Origin: Octopus vulgaris
Lineage: Eukaryota
Reading direction: 5' to 3'
Length of the DNA: 64,000 nucleotides
NCBI GenBank assembly: GCA_951406725.2
Contig: OX597819.1
Location: 99,386,001 to 99,450,000 of the forward strand
The translations under genes and the position numbers were made by a program. Under the pieces are notes generated by a model. That model saw only the letters and a list, made by a program, of their open reading frames with translations. It was not told the DNA's origin and searched no databases. Positions 26,640 through 41,154 of this stretch are shown here, piece after piece. Numbering within the stretch: position 1 is the stretch's first letter; each line of letters starts with the position of its first letter.

Positions 26640-27910
26640 TGGTGAATGCACCAGCTTGGTTAGCATTTACCCTGCTTTTTTCTACGAAATATTTTAGTCA
26701 ATTAGTGTGCAGCTTGGATGTCATGGCTTGGTGGTACATCAAAGATTCTTTACTTTGACCGCATCTAGAAGAATAATTGCTTGGCTATATTTTGAAATGT
26801 TATAAACAATATAACTGTTTTCATTGAATTGTATTGTTGCAATTTTCCAGAAAGTCAATGTTGTACCTGAGTACCTTTTGCCAGATGGTTGCTTAACGGG
26901 ATCTGATGGACACCAGGGTCCTTAATTTGTTGTTGGTGTACACTTGAACGTTCTGATAATGCGTTCCCTGTCTGACCAGTGTATATCTCTTCACAATTCG
27001 GGCACTTGATGCAGCAAATTACATTTCAGCTTTTGCAGCTTATATGTGCATTTGTAAATATTCTTCCGGCTTTTGTGTTCATGTATTGTCCGGTGTGCAT
27101 GAACTGACATGTACCACATCAACTATCTTGCATTGAGCTACAAAGAACGATTCGTCATTGTTGCCGAGGTCAAATTTTGCTTTTGTTAATAATTGTTTCA
27201 AGTTCTTCGACTGCCTTTTACTTAGAATCATTAACTCGAGCAGTGATTATATGCTTTAATTGATTACCTTGTGCAATGACCGGCAAGTTTACTTTGGCAA
27301 TGCTAAAGATATTTTAGTGACACGGATTGAGTATGATTTGTTCTTGTTTTGCTCGTTTCTGGGTTGCCCTATAACACACTGTATACCATTTTCCAAAAGA
27401 AGAGACGGGTATCTTTGTTTGAGTAGAAACTCTTTGAGCTCTGTTAGGCGTTTTGTCTCTGATATTCATATTTTCTACAATGGTACAAATATTTCTGGCT
27501 AGGCAGTATAGGATATTACGTTTTGTATGTGTGAGGTGGTACGATTTACAGTTTGGGTATTGATGCGTGTTTGTGTGTTTATAGTATATATCAGTGTGAT
27601 GGAAGTGTTACATTTAATTACCAATATGTCTAGAAATGGAAATTTGGTACTACTCATCTACTTTGTAAATTGGAGAGCTGGATGCAGATTGTTCAAAAGG
27701 ATATTAAATTCTTCTAGACTATTTAGAGATTTCATCCAGATTATGAAGCAATCATCAAAGTATCTCTTCCATGCATTTTCAATATACCTTGTAAATTCAG
27801 TGCCGAAGTTTTCCTCTACTCTTTGGTACACTTGTATTCTATGTATCACATTACAGTGTTCACATAAACGGGGACCAATCTGGTTCCCATCGCTGTACCT
27901 CTAACTTGGA
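26640..27910 (-). mobile_element. Decayed Penelope-like retroelement (RT plus GIY-YIG remnant)
   Basis: Minus-strand GTAMGT, WKRYFDDCFIIW..NNLHPALQFT and FLDI motifs, with NVICCIKCP near 27025; boundaries approximate. Confidence 0.75.
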
Positions 27911-28036
27911 TGCATTTTCCAGTATGCATACCTCAAGGAAATATAAAATCTGCGTACGGGTTTAGAATACTAGAATAGGCAGATGTGCTTCAAAAGGAAA
28001 TCCGCTCCGATTTTAACCCTATCTACATTACATATA

Positions 28037-28877
28037 CGAGGTCTGATCAATAAGTACCCGGACTGTTGCTTGGCGAGGATTGACCTTAAACTTTTCTGTA
28101 CATGCGCACCAGGTTTTTACGTTCTATCCCACTCCGGCTGCTCACAGCAGTGATTTGAAGGAAGGTGTGTAGCGTGTGATTGTCGCATTCACCATGGCAG
28201 AGAAAGTTGTCATGGCGATACTTGCTCAGAGGCCTACACAAAGTGGCAGAAAGTGTATGGAGAAGAGTGTATGCGCCGCACACAAGTGTACGAGAGATTC
28301 AGATGTTCCTAACATCGCCGAAAAAATGTCGATATTCACGAATGTTCTCGGAGACCCGCAACCAGCAGAACTGAGAAAAACATCACAGATGTGCGTGCAG
28401 CTGTGGAGGGAAATCGTCAAATCACCATCGTGAGTTATCAGAGGATGTGCAGACTAGTTACAGTTCAGTTTAGTCCATTATCAACTAAGATTTGGAGATG
28501 AGACGCGTGTCTGTCAAATTTGTACCAAAACTGGTTTTAGTTGAGCAAGAAGACACTCAAGTTTCAGTTGTACAAGATCTCTTTCATTGTGTCGAGCACG
28601 ATGAAAATTTTTGAAAACTTTGCGTAGGGCTCTGAGTAGGTATCACCAAGCATTTGGCAAAATTTAAGGCAGATTCTTTGCTCAACTTTCTCTGTCAGAG
28701 CCAATGCGATGATCATGCGCTACACACATTCCTTACAAGTACTGCTGTAAACAGAGGAAGTGAGCTAGGAGTTAAAAATGAGTGCACATGTAGGGCAGAG
28801 TTCAAGGTCAATCTGTGCCAGGTAGCTTTACTTTGCATGCTTTAGTTTCGTTATTATGCCAACCGTCAGGATTCTTA
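28037..28877 (+). mobile_element. Internally deleted mariner-like element
   Basis: TA|CGAGGTCTGATCAATAAGTACCCGGAC left end; remnant MRRVSVKFVPKL near 28500; degenerate right end running into TA repeats. Confidence 0.6.
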
Positions 28878-29746
28878 TATATATATATATATATATACAT
28901 TCATGCATATGCCAACCTTTTCCGCTCACCGATTCCGCTCACAAGTCTTTGATCAGCGAGGTTACAGTAGAAGATACTTGTCTAACGTACCACGCGGCTT
29001 TACCCGGAAATCATGTCTTTTGGAAGTAAAAAAAAATATAAGGGTAAAGAATTTAGAATATGTCACAAGATATTGACCTCAGAAGTCTCCAGAGTGAACT
29101 ATTTTCTTGAATAATGGAGTTGTGCTACGAAAAGTATTAATGTAATTGACTGAACATTTTAGACTAATAACGGTATTAGATGCGATGTGTCTGCACTAAA
29201 TTGAGTTACCGCAAAAATAAATAATGACAACATAGCTGCCACTGTGAAACGAATATGATTCAATAAATAGCACCATGTTTTCGTTAGTTGTTTTACGTAA
29301 CCATGTAGCTCTGTGCTCTTCTACTCTTGACCTAGTGGAACATCCTGGATGGAGAGAGTGATGCAGCATCAGTGCTCTTATCAGATGCTCATTGACAGAA
29401 GAGTAGAATACAGTAATGTAAGATAAAGTAACTTGCTCAAGAGCATAACACGCCGGCTGATTGGTCCTTATAATCGGGAGCACAACATCCTTACCATCCT
29501 CCGCAACAGCCGAGCCATCTTTCTCAACATCCTAACTATCTTTCTCTATTCCCACTTGTTATTTTCCCTTGGCTAAATATTCTATGTATATCTTTTAAAC
29601 TAAGTTTGTACATGAAAGTAAACTGGATCCCAACAATTTTTACAAACATTAAGGATGGTTCTCACATTCACATTTTATATAATAATCCTCGTACATTTAT
29701 AACAAAAAAAAAATCCGCATGGTATGCCAATCAAAAGATAATGCTT

Positions 29747-29782
<36 letters not shown>

Positions 29783-30003
29783 CATCCCACTCTGTCTCTC
29801 CCTTTCTTCTCTCTCCTATACAGAGTTGAACACGTTTTACATATCATTGAAATGACACGGTTGAATTAGGATCATTGCCTCACTCTCCATTACATGGGTG
29901 GATCCGAAATAGTTACGGACACAGGTCCTCACCCTTTATACATTAGCTTTTATGATTGAAATAATAATCTTTTCAATTTTTGTTTCTTTTCCCCATTTTA
30001 CAG

Positions 30004-30110
30004 CATTGCTCCAACACAATGAAGCACGAGACTTTTATGGTTTCCGATCACCATACATTTGCCCGTCAATTGATATCAACGTAGGACAAAGAAGACTGAA
30101 TTGCTTTCAC
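30004..30110 (+). CDS. Exon 15: N-terminal part of the NIDO region
   Basis: Strong pyrimidine tract ttttacag|CA..CAC|gtatgt; ALLQHNEARDFYGFRSPYICPSIDINVGQRRLNCFH; supplies the phase 1 to 0 change needed between exons 14 and 16. Confidence 0.78.
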
Positions 30111-30910
30111 GTATGTACTAGTTTGCGTTATAACACTTAGATCCCACCACAACATTCCTTTCGTACATTCCTAATTTAGTAATTAAAGTTTTATCTGTAA
30201 CTGGATAATCTCAGATAAATTTGGTAGTTTTTGCCTCTTCACTTATCATCTGCGGAATCGTGCTGTTTTTGTGGTTCTGATATATTTCTTTGCTAGGGCC
30301 GGTGTGCTGGCAGAATCGTTAGCACACCGGGCGAAATGCTTAGCAATATTTCGTCTGCCGTTACGTTCAAACTCTGCCGAGGTCGACTTCGTCTGTCATC
30401 CTTTCGGGCTTGATTGAATAAGTACCAGTTACGCACTGGGGTCGATGTAATCGACTTAAACCCTTTGTCTCTCCTTGTTTGTCCCCTCTGTTTAGTCCCC
30501 TGTGGGCAATAAAGAAATAGATATATTTCTTTGCTATAATATTCAAGAAAATCCACCTTTTTATACTGTAGGTATTGTACCTTAGATAACTGTTGTGAAA
30601 TTTCATATATATATATATATATATACATATAAAAATTAAGCGATTAATATCATTATATACGATTGTTTATTTATATTTTATTAAAAGCGTAATAATTTAT
30701 AAGAGAAAGGGAAATAAAAGCTAACAAAATATCATAGCTATGGTGTTAAAGACTAACTTTGCAACCATGTGATCTCCCGCTGTACCTTGGGCAGATGTCT
30801 AATTATAATTAGAAACTTTTAATTGAAAATCCTTTGATTGCAATGCCAATATAAACACCTTTTAATGACCTAATTGTTCTCAACTATGTTATGTAATTTT
30901 GTTTTGTCAG

Positions 30911-31228
30911 ATCTACGCTGGTGGATATTTATCAGATAATATCAGAAGAGATACTAGGCTCAGCTACGAGCCGCATAGTTTATCTGACGATACAGACTAT
31001 GTTATTGCTCCATACTGGGCAGACCTTTGGAATGAGTTTAAGCAAGTTAAATACAGCATTTATGAAAATTACACAACAAATGGAATAAATAGCAATGTAT
31101 CGAATAAACTGACAGAAATTGATGCAAAAATTAAAATGTATGCAAATATTAATAATTTCCAATCTATTTGGGCACTTTTGGTTACATGGGAAAATATACG
31201 ACATTATTCTCTAATAGGATTAACAGAG
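30911..31228 (+). CDS. Exon 16: NIDO region
   Basis: IYAGGYLS..VIAPYWADL..FQSIWALLVTWENI; IAPxWAD and VTW are NIDO hallmarks; 318 nt, phase 0-0. Confidence 0.92.
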
Positions 31229-31878
31229 GTAAGTAAATTATATTGATCTCATGAATATAATTACTTTAAGTTTACCAATTTAAATGATAACTATTTAGGA
31301 ATGCCGATTCATTCCTATTGAATTTACAATTCTATCGATGAATCTTAAAATTATGAAGTAGTAAATACTTAGTTTCTTCTTTTAGTGCTTGGAACTGCTT
31401 CACTGTTTTTCTTTGTGATAAATCAGTTGAAATAAAATGTGGTTACACTGCCGAAAGTACAGTATTCCTTTATAGGTATAAATTGTAAACTTCATTTGGT
31501 TGGCCGAAACATTATCAAGTGACGACAATATAAATATTAAATCAAAGTAAGGATCCACATTATATATATAGCAGAAAGTTTGGTAATATTTTTGTAGTAT
31601 ATTATTTATAATATTTTTGCAGTATATTATGAAATTTAAAATTACTAAAAAAGAGAGCAAAACTAATGTAAAATAGTGGTTCCAAGCTAAGTGGAGTGAT
31701 GACAACATGTGACATATCATCTTGATAAGATTCATCTGCGATCGATGATTGCAATAACAATATCATTTTATTGTAGTAAGAAACCTTCTGTTTTAGGAAA
31801 GAAATGTCGAAAATTATACGTAGTTTTCACAAGTGCTCATAGAACTTTAATCATGAACGTATTATCTTCGCATCTTAG

Positions 31879-32092
31879 GGAAGCAATCCAGGAATTACAT
31901 TCCAAATGTTACTGGTCACAAACGGCTACTCAACCTATTTGCTTTATTTCTACAAACCTTGTGAAATGGATATGAAAATTGATGTGAAGGCATTGATGGG
32001 CTTTAACTTGGGCGGTAACAAGCGTTTCACGCATAAAGACTCACTGAAGACGAATAGTTTGGTAAATATAGATATAAAGGAAGGAAATACAG
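31879..32092 (+). CDS. Exon 17: NIDO core
   Basis: GSNPGITFQMLLVTNGYSTYLLYFY..ALMGFNLG..EGNT (NTFQxVLxTDG-like); 214 nt, phase 0-1. Confidence 0.9.
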
Positions 32093-32569
32093 GTGAGATA
32101 TCGAATACTTCTATTTATATTTAATAAAAATCTAAAAGGTTTTGTTAAAATATTACTAAATCATTGATACCGAGTCAGAAGTCTTACTAACATATATGTC
32201 ATAAACAAAAAGTGTCAATTACTCAGTAAACATTGTTGAGATTATATATAAACGGAATTTTCGAAATAATATAGTGAAATAATTTTAGTCTAATTTACAA
32301 CAAAAGTTATTTTCAAAATTTCTTGATTCCATTATATTCCTTCAGTTTTATTATACGAGTTTTACTGTCACTTTTTTATTTCACACCGCTTGGCTTAAAT
32401 CACAAACTTGTTTACTTAGCCACATGTCAACCTAATTATAGCTAGAAATTTAACCAACTTGACGATAATTCACATTTACAGGTAATTCAAATTGTTTCAA
32501 TAAATTGATCAAAATAGATTTGAGGAATACAAGCCCGTGTAAGACAAACTTTACGCTACCTTAACTGAT

Positions 32570-33560
32570 GCAGTCAGTCTTTGGGATGCCACTCTAGACC
32601 CTTTCCAGTCATCCATCGCTACTGGTCTCGGTTCTCTCTTATGCATATTGTGACCTCCCTAGTCATTGATGTTGTGACACCAAGATTTTCCCTGTCTGCC
32701 TCCCTCTTTCGCTTTTCCTCAACTGCACCCTGAAGTATGGTTTTGGACAACGAATTGAGTCGGGGTCCCAGTTCATAATAGACAAGCATTCGTCTTCTTA
32801 CTTGCATGTGGAATGGCTTCTGTGTACCAGTAGATTTGTTGACTAAAGCTTCTTGTTTTGTGCTCTATATACGGGATATTTAACAACCACCAGAACTATT
32901 TGTGCAAAAATGTCTAGATTCTTCGTCCCATGCTAGCTGTAATATTCCAGCTTTTATACTTATACAGAAGAGTTGAAGTCACTTTTTGAGATGTGCCGTT
33001 CTTGATCAACGTAGACCCCAGGTACTTAAAATCTATCCACTTGATCAAATCTCTTTTCGTGCAGCATGATGCTGGTTGTTGCATTCTAGTTGTTACTCTT
33101 AAGCAGGATCTTATTCTTTTCTGAGTTGATCACCATTCTGTATGCTCCTGATACATTCTCCAGTCTGACAGTAAGCTCTTGTTTCCATAATTGCTTCTTA
33201 ACAGGTTAATATCATCAGCAAAGTTCATGCTGGAAATGGGTTTCCTCAAATGTAAGGAGAGGGTAGGAAGTTTTGGTGTGCATTATGTTCTTCAGAAAGG
33301 CAATGAAAAGCACTGAAGAGGGGATCCATCCTTGTCGAGCATCCACTTTTCTCATAAACAATTCCCCTATGTTGTTCAGCAGAATTACACTGTTTCAGTT
33401 TTCATACACTGCTTTGATTTCTTCGATGAGTCTGTTATCTAAGTTGTAATATTTCCTCATTTGCCAAAGCCCATCATGTCAAACATAGTCCAAAAATCAT
33501 TTTGAAGCCGATGGAGTTGAGAGTGGTTTTTCGGTTATTTCACAGTGAGCAGTATGATGT
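32570..33560 (-). mobile_element. Decayed RTE-type LINE, 5'-truncated
   Basis: Minus-strand RQGWIPSS, FADDINL, FKYLGS and KTILQGAVEEKRKR motifs with many lesions; boundaries approximate. Confidence 0.7.
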
Positions 33561-33806
33561 AAATATATCTGCTCCACCTTATTTCCTCTTCGTGGTTCGT
33601 ATTATCTCCGCTATACTGCCGTTTGCTTGCTTTATGTATTGTTATCTCGCCTAATAACGTCCATCGGAATTCTAGTAGCTCTACGATATCATGGGTGTGC
33701 ATAGAAAATTCGTGCAGAAATTTCTTCGTCCTTCACCAAGCATACGCAGCACCGACGTTCCACGTTGCAGAGGTAGTATTTTCTTTGAGAAATTGAACAT
33801 ATAAAC

Positions 33807-33978
<172 letters not shown>

Positions 33979-34005
33979 ATATATATATATATGTATGTAT
34001 ATATG

Positions 34006-34036
<31 letters not shown>

Positions 34037-34073
34037 GTATGTATATATGTATATATATATGTATATATATATA

Positions 34074-34144
<71 letters not shown>

Positions 34145-34148
<4 letters not shown>

Positions 34149-35105
34149 GTCATCCCATAAGTTCTGTCCGATTTTACCTTTTTAAAATTGAATGAATATC
34201 TTGCAGAAGACGGTTTGCAAAATTCAGAAGTGGAGATTTCAGCCTTGAAGATGAAGATCGAACAGAACGTCCAGTTGTGTTTGATGATAAGCTCCTTGAG
34301 GCATTACTTGAAGAAAATCCTGCATTATCAGTTGAAGAATTTGCAATAAACCATACAAATGTTCATCGTCATCTTCAACAACCTGGAAAGGTTCCTAAAC
34401 TTGGAAACAACTGCAAATCCCGAGTTGACATCTGCTTTTCTCTCCATTCTCGCGAACTCATTGCACCCTTTTTGGATTGACTTGTGACTGGTGACGAAAG
34501 ATGGATCTTCTATCGAAATGTTAAACGAGCTCAACCACAACCGAGAAAGGAACTTCATGGGCAAAAGGTTCTTCTCCCTATCTGATGAGATTGCAAAGGA
34601 GTAATTCACATTGAATTGTTACCACCTAATGCAACAATCGATGCTCAAGTCTACTGTCAGCAATTAGAGAGTTTGAACCAAGCTTTGGAGAAATAAAGAC
34701 CTGCTTTAGTGAATCGAAAAGGAGTGATGTCTCATCAGAACAATGCGCGAACCCACACTGCAAAGATCACATCAAAGAAGATCGAAGAACTTGGTCGGGA
34801 AAAAATTTCTCATCCACCTTATTCTCCTGAACTTACTCCTTCAGACTACCATTTGTTTCGTAGTTTACTGAATCATTTGGGGGACATAACTTTCGCAAGC
34901 CAGGAGGATGTCGAAACTGACATTTCAGAGTTCTTCGCTTTGAAACCAAAAGAGTTTTACATTGATGGGTTTAAAAATCTTGTAAATGGAAGGAAGTCAT
35001 AGATAATCAGGGAGAGTACATTGATGATTAAATTTCAATTGAATATATCATTTGATCACTTGTTTTCTTTATTCAAAATACGGCAGAACTTACGGTATGA
35101 CCTGA
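34145..35105 (+). mobile_element. Mariner (DD34D) transposon with intact TIRs and a decayed transposase
   Basis: TA|TCAGGTCATCCCATAAGTTCTG..CAGAACTTACGGTATGACCTGA|TA; VTGDE and HPPYSPELTPSDYHLFRSL motifs; embedded in (TA)n. Confidence 0.9.
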
Positions 35106-35110
35106 TATAA

Positions 35111-35153
<43 letters not shown>

Positions 35154-35581
35154 CATATGCATATATTCATGTATATATATATATACATATATATATATAT
35201 GTATATGTTTATATATGTATAAGTATATGTATGTATGGATGTACGTATCAATACACGCACATATATTAATTTCGACAGAATACATGGGTATAATACTATA
35301 AATAACGATCTATTTCTTATATCAACGTCACGTATATTTTAAGATGGAAAAAAAAACGATAGAAACAGTTTTCACTCAATAAATTTGTTTAAAATCTTGA
35401 ATCTAACACAAATGTATTAATGCGTAACATGTTCTCTACAATGATTTATAGACTTTAATCTCCGATTCTTGAAGATTCTATGAGAACATAGTTTTTCTTT
35501 TCGTTTCCGAAGTAATGTAAGAACATTTTTTAATTCAAGAAACAGTAAGATGCAATGCCATATACTTAAATATTTTGTCAG

Positions 35582-35784
35582 GTGAGATTGGCGTATGGTT
35601 CTTTGATTTGAACGGTCGATATCAAAGAACTTCCAAACTAAGTTGTCTCAAATGGTATGCCGAAGATGAAGGTGTCTCAAGACTTAATACCTGCCCATGT
35701 TCGATCTGGCAAGCTTTGACAGATTTCCGATTCTTCTATGAATCGGGGAGCGATTGCTTCTTTTCAATAACATCTCCATCAGTG
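35582..35784 (+). CDS. Exon 18: end of NIDO and start of AMOP
   Basis: GEIGVWFFDL..CLKWY..CPCSIWQALTDFRF..CFFS; 203 nt, phase 1-0. Confidence 0.92.
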
Positions 35785-35943
35785 GTAAGTTATTCCTTCG
35801 AAATTTTTAAACAAAGCAAACAAAGCTAAAACATTTTTACTTTATTGAATTGTCGCATTATAATTGAACTTTCAGTTTACCATATACGTATTATTCATAT
35901 TTACTCGCTAGTTACTCACGATCAGTTGTTCAATGTGTGTTTG

Positions 35944-36013
<70 letters not shown>

Positions 36014-36048
36014 CTCTCTCTCTCTCTCACATACACACACAGAGAGAC

Positions 36049-36086
<38 letters not shown>

Positions 36087-36656
36087 AAGAGAGAGAGAGA
36101 GAGACAAACAGAAAGAGATCAGCGGCAGAAAATGAAATTTACGAGATTCTTTATCGAAATCCACTACGATTGTTTCGAATCAACCTGCATCTGCAGCTCA
36201 CAGACGGGATGCTCTACCATTAATTGTTTTGCATCACAGATGCAGACTGCCGCTCCTCAGGTGACTTTTTAAATAAGTAGTTCTCTTTTTCTTTGCCATT
36301 TCACTTAGCTCCAAAACAATATATGTCTCCGAACGTGCTGTATTCTAGTAATTCTCATAAGAACTGATTGTAGAGCACCTCACCTACGAGTTAGAGATGC
36401 CTATGAGTTACATATGTCTATGATTTACAGTTACCTCTAAGTTGAAGAATTGTTGCGGATTTGGATAAAGAATCTCAAAAATTGCATTTTCCGTCACTTA
36501 TATAAAAACAAAGGACACCAAGAAATTCCTAAAGTAAATCTAGCAGCAAGTGCATCCTTGTCGTTTTTGAGGTAACCAAACAATGCGGAAAATCTTCGCA
36601 AAACGTTCAACAAGCTTTCTACACAAATATATTGTATGGTATAATATAATATAATA

Positions 36657-36735
<79 letters not shown>

Positions 36736-37019
36736 TCTTTACTTGTTTCTGTCATTTGACTGCGGCCAAGCTGGAGCACCGCCTTTAGTCGAGCAAATCG
36801 ACCCCGGGACTTATTCTTTGTAAGCCCACTACTTATTCTATCGGTCTCCTTTGCCGAACTGCTAAGTTACGGGGACATAAACACACACACACACACCAGC
36901 ATCGGCTGTCAAGCAATGCTAGGGGCACAAACACAGACACACAAACATACACATACAGGCACACACACAAAACACACACACACACACACATATATATATA
37001 CATATATACGACAGGCTTC

Positions 37020-37268
37020 TTTTCAGTTTCCGTCTACCATATCCACTCAGAAGGCTTTGGTCGGCCCGAGGCTATAGTAGAAGACACTTGCCCAAGATGC
37101 AACGCATCTATATATATAGGCGCAGGAGTGGCTGTGTGGTAAGTAGCTTGCTTACCAACCACATTCCAGGTTCAATCCCACTGCGTTGCATCTTGGGCAA
37201 GTGTCTTCTACTATAGCCTCGGGCCGACCAAAGCCTTCTGAGTGGATATGGTAGACGGAAACTGAAAA
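37020..37268. repeat. Inverted repeat with 87-bp arms (37020-37106 and 37182-37268) made of SINE sequence
   Basis: Arms read as exact reverse complements. Confidence 0.9.
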
Positions 37269-37926
37269 TATAATACAGTGTACATTTAAACACAAATTTC
37301 CATCATAAGAGTCTTTTACTCTAGAAAGAACAGCTAAAGTCCAAACCACTAATTAGGAATACATTCTTGAAAGGAATGAAAAATAAAAACATTTAACATC
37401 TCTTTCCTGGATCATGCTTTCTGACATATTTTAGTAAATAAAATAATTTGTTAGGCGAAGTCTTCATCAACTGGGACGCCAAAGATTAAATATATAAACA
37501 ACGAGGTCAATCCAGCATGTGCCTCATTGTTTATAGATTTTAATCTTTTTCAAATCCCCCGCGCAAGCGCCGTCTATTTTGTCTGCAGCAAAATGATGCT
37601 GGCAAATTCTTCGAATGAATCTATCAGAAATCATTATACATAATAATATCAGGGTAATAAAGATTTTAGAAATTGGATGGATGGATTGATGGATTTATAA
37701 TTTATTGTAATTTTATTGTAATTTATAATCGAACACTTCAAATAAAAACCTGTTAAATGGAGAGAAATGAAATTTTATTATGTACTAGTTACATTTTACA
37801 TAGTATTATTCTTGCAGTCTATTATTTACAAATTATTGTCAATTGTTCATAGATTAAGATATATGAACAAATGGATCCCATTCTCAATTTACAAAGAAAA
37901 TGAAATGTCTTTCTTTCTCTTCTCAG

Positions 37927-38131
37927 AAATGTTGTTATCCGTTATGGTGGCGAAGGCCTTGGCTTTCATATGGTGTTCATCAGAGATATAATTACTTCTT
38001 CAATTATGGAAGATGGCTTGAGGGCGATGACCAACCGTTTATAGACTGCTGTGAGAAAAACAATATGTGTTACCTTTACAGGCAGAGAAGACCTAGAAAT
38101 TACTGTTGGGGTTACAGGAGTCCCTTCAGAG
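37927..38131 (+). CDS. Exon 19: C-terminal half of AMOP
   Basis: KCCYP..DDQPFIDCC..CYLYRQRRPRNYCWGYRSP; 205 nt, phase 0-1. Confidence 0.92.
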
Positions 38132-39363
38132 GTGAGACATTCTATATTCTGTTGTTCCTATATTGTTGTTCATTTCTACAGATCAAAATTAAGATACTTA
38201 CAATTAGGTATCTTGGAAATCGGTAGGAATTCATTACAATCCGGTTTTTAAATTTGTGATATTATTAATATTTCATTAATTAAAGCTCGGGTAAGTGGTG
38301 ATGACTAAAATAAAACTAAGTTCAATTATGTATATTGCGTTCGTGAATACCTAGACATGGTTGTATCTTCGCTGTGGTAAACTGTACCGGAAAAGAAATT
38401 CTCCATATACACTGCGTGTGTGAAAACCCAGCAAGCTGAACTACGAGGAGTATTTCTTCACATTCACGCTTCACCCATCAGGACAAAAGTTATTCGTCGT
38501 TCATTTAAAAATTACCATTCTTATACATAAAGAGTATAACATAAATTTGGTGACGTGTACTAAACTTTGGCAAGTAGAATTAATTAATTAAAGTAGCTAA
38601 GATTAAAATAAAGACGGGAGACAGATTTGGTGCATGGAAAAACTGATGACACTAACTGACCATGTAAGCGCTAAAAGGATTTGCATATCTGTGGTACATT
38701 TTAATAAATCATATGAGTGTTTTATTGTTTAAAGTTTGTTGTTTACTACTTACTCAAAACAGCTTATTCTTATCATAGTAGAAATGTGGGCTCTTAGCGT
38801 AGAAGCGTTGATGTAGCGGATATATATTAGGGAGTCAAAACACGAAACATGAAAATAACGCGCGAGTTTGGAATAATGAGACATATAATGAAAACTCAAA
38901 GGAAATAGGACAAAGACACATAAGAACAAGCAACTACTGAGGGGAATTTTGATAAATGAAATATTTTGCGACGGATATTTCTTGTAACCCAGCAACATTA
39001 GCAGTTATGCCAGTATCTGTGATAGAACGAATGTGATCTATATAGTTGGGCTCCCGAGAAAGAAAATAATGCAGTAGAGATATATTATATGAAAATTGTA
39101 TTCTCTTATAGGAAAAAGAATAACATCGAAAAATGAACAAGAAAATAGTAACAAACTTCTGTTTAATTACATTTCAAATACTATCTGAAATAACTATTTG
39201 TCAAACCAAAATTGTTGAACCTTTCAACCTTACTGGTAAGAAAACAAGGTACATGCTTCCCGAAATTAGGTCAATAGCTCACTACTGTATTTGAGTTCCT
39301 GTTTCTATTCCATCTTTTTTTCATTCAGTGTATCAAGTTACTTTTAGTTTGTTGATATTATTG

Positions 39364-39395
<32 letters not shown>

Positions 39396-40116
39396 GCTAT
39401 TGGTCCACTATTTATTTGCAAATTTAACTTAATATTTAGTGTTAAAATTGATTTTATTAGCTTATACTTCCTTTCACTATTTAAAATTAAGTTTAATTTA
39501 CGTAGAAGTTCATATTTGATTAATTTCCTTAATTATTTTTGTTTACCTAATTCAGATACTAATTTTAGTATTACGTATCATGCAATTATTTGAATCGGTG
39601 AAATGTATATTTTGATTGATGAACATATCTCAGTGCGCTTTGTATTTTCATGTAAGAAATTGGTAAATTTCTTCTACTCCAAATTGGTTATTCTCAGTTA
39701 CGATATCAATTTGCGGTGTATGAAGATCAGCGGTATGCTTTTCCCTTTTAATTGTATTAAATGGTTTTCTTTTTAAAGAATGATTAAATACTTTCGACAC
39801 TTTCAGTCGCGAAGGAAACCAATATCAAATATGCAATTGCGAAAGAATTTACAATTAAAAAAATTCAAACAGTTGGTACACACAAACAAATTTTGATCGT
39901 TGCCATCAATAATCTTTAAGTATTTCTTACGAAAGGGTACTTGAAGAAATGATAATGTACTTAGTAGTTACTGCAGTCTCACAATCACTTTTCCGATTCT
40001 CAGCGCTCTGAGTTCTTATCCCGCCTGACTCAACTTTTCCTTCTTTCTTTTTCGGAGTCGATAAAAGACTAACAAATGTAGACTAGTGGAACAGTAAGAA
40101 CATCTAGCCACTTACC

Positions 40117-40202
<86 letters not shown>

Positions 40203-40448
40203 CATATATATTTCTCTTATCTTCAAATAACGTTAATTCCTTAAAACTCATCTAACTTAGTAATTTAAGCACATTAAGTAATTACGCCATGCTCGGGTCT
40301 ATCTTATTTACTCAATATGGCAACATTGTACACTGATATCAATTAAATACTTAGAGTTTTCATTCGCGTTCAATATTTTATAAATATAACATATTAACTG
40401 AAATAAATTTTCGTGAGTAATTTGTCATTCATTTCAATATATTTACAG

Positions 40449-40703
40449 CTTGGATGTTTGGCGATCCTCATATTCAAACTCTCGATGGTCTGAAATACTC
40501 CTTTAATGGTTTGGGTGAATATACCTTAATAAGAGTACAAAATAAAACCACGGACATAAATATGCTAGAAATTCAAGCAAGGACCGCCCAGGCGAAAAAT
40601 TCAAATGGTACTCTGATTAACGCCACAATATTTTCGGCTTTTGCAATGAAAGACTTCATTACCAATGCCTCTGCACAGGTTGAACTAGCTGCTGATGAAA
40701 AGA
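40449..40703 (+). CDS. Exon 20: start of VWD with the GDPH motif
   Basis: AWMFGDPHIQTLDGLKYSFNGLGEYTLI..IQART; 255 nt. Confidence 0.95.
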
Positions 40704-41154
40704 GTAAGTTTTATTACTTTGTCAAACTTGATTTCATTTTGCTTCTTATAATGATGAAGTGTTCGAGTGAATAAAACCTGACGCTTTTCTTTCATGCAGA
40801 AATTTACATTTCATGTTGTGTACTATTCTTCAACACCTATTACAGAGCTTAAGGCGGTGATCTGGCAGGACCATTAGAACTCTGGGCAAAAAGTTTATCG
40901 GCATTTCATTCGTCTTTACGTTCTGAGTTCCAAGTCTTTCAAGATCGACTTTGCTTTTCATCATTTCGGGACTGATAAAATCAGTACCTGTCCGGCATTG
41001 GGTTCAATGTAATCGGCTTATCCCCACCTTCGAACTTGCTGGCCTTGTGCCAAAATTTAAAGTGAATATCTGTTACAGAGTTGTTTAGTTTATTTCCAAA
41101 TTGTTTTAAAGTGGTATTACTCCAATGTAAATTTTCTTTTCTTTTCTATTTCAG

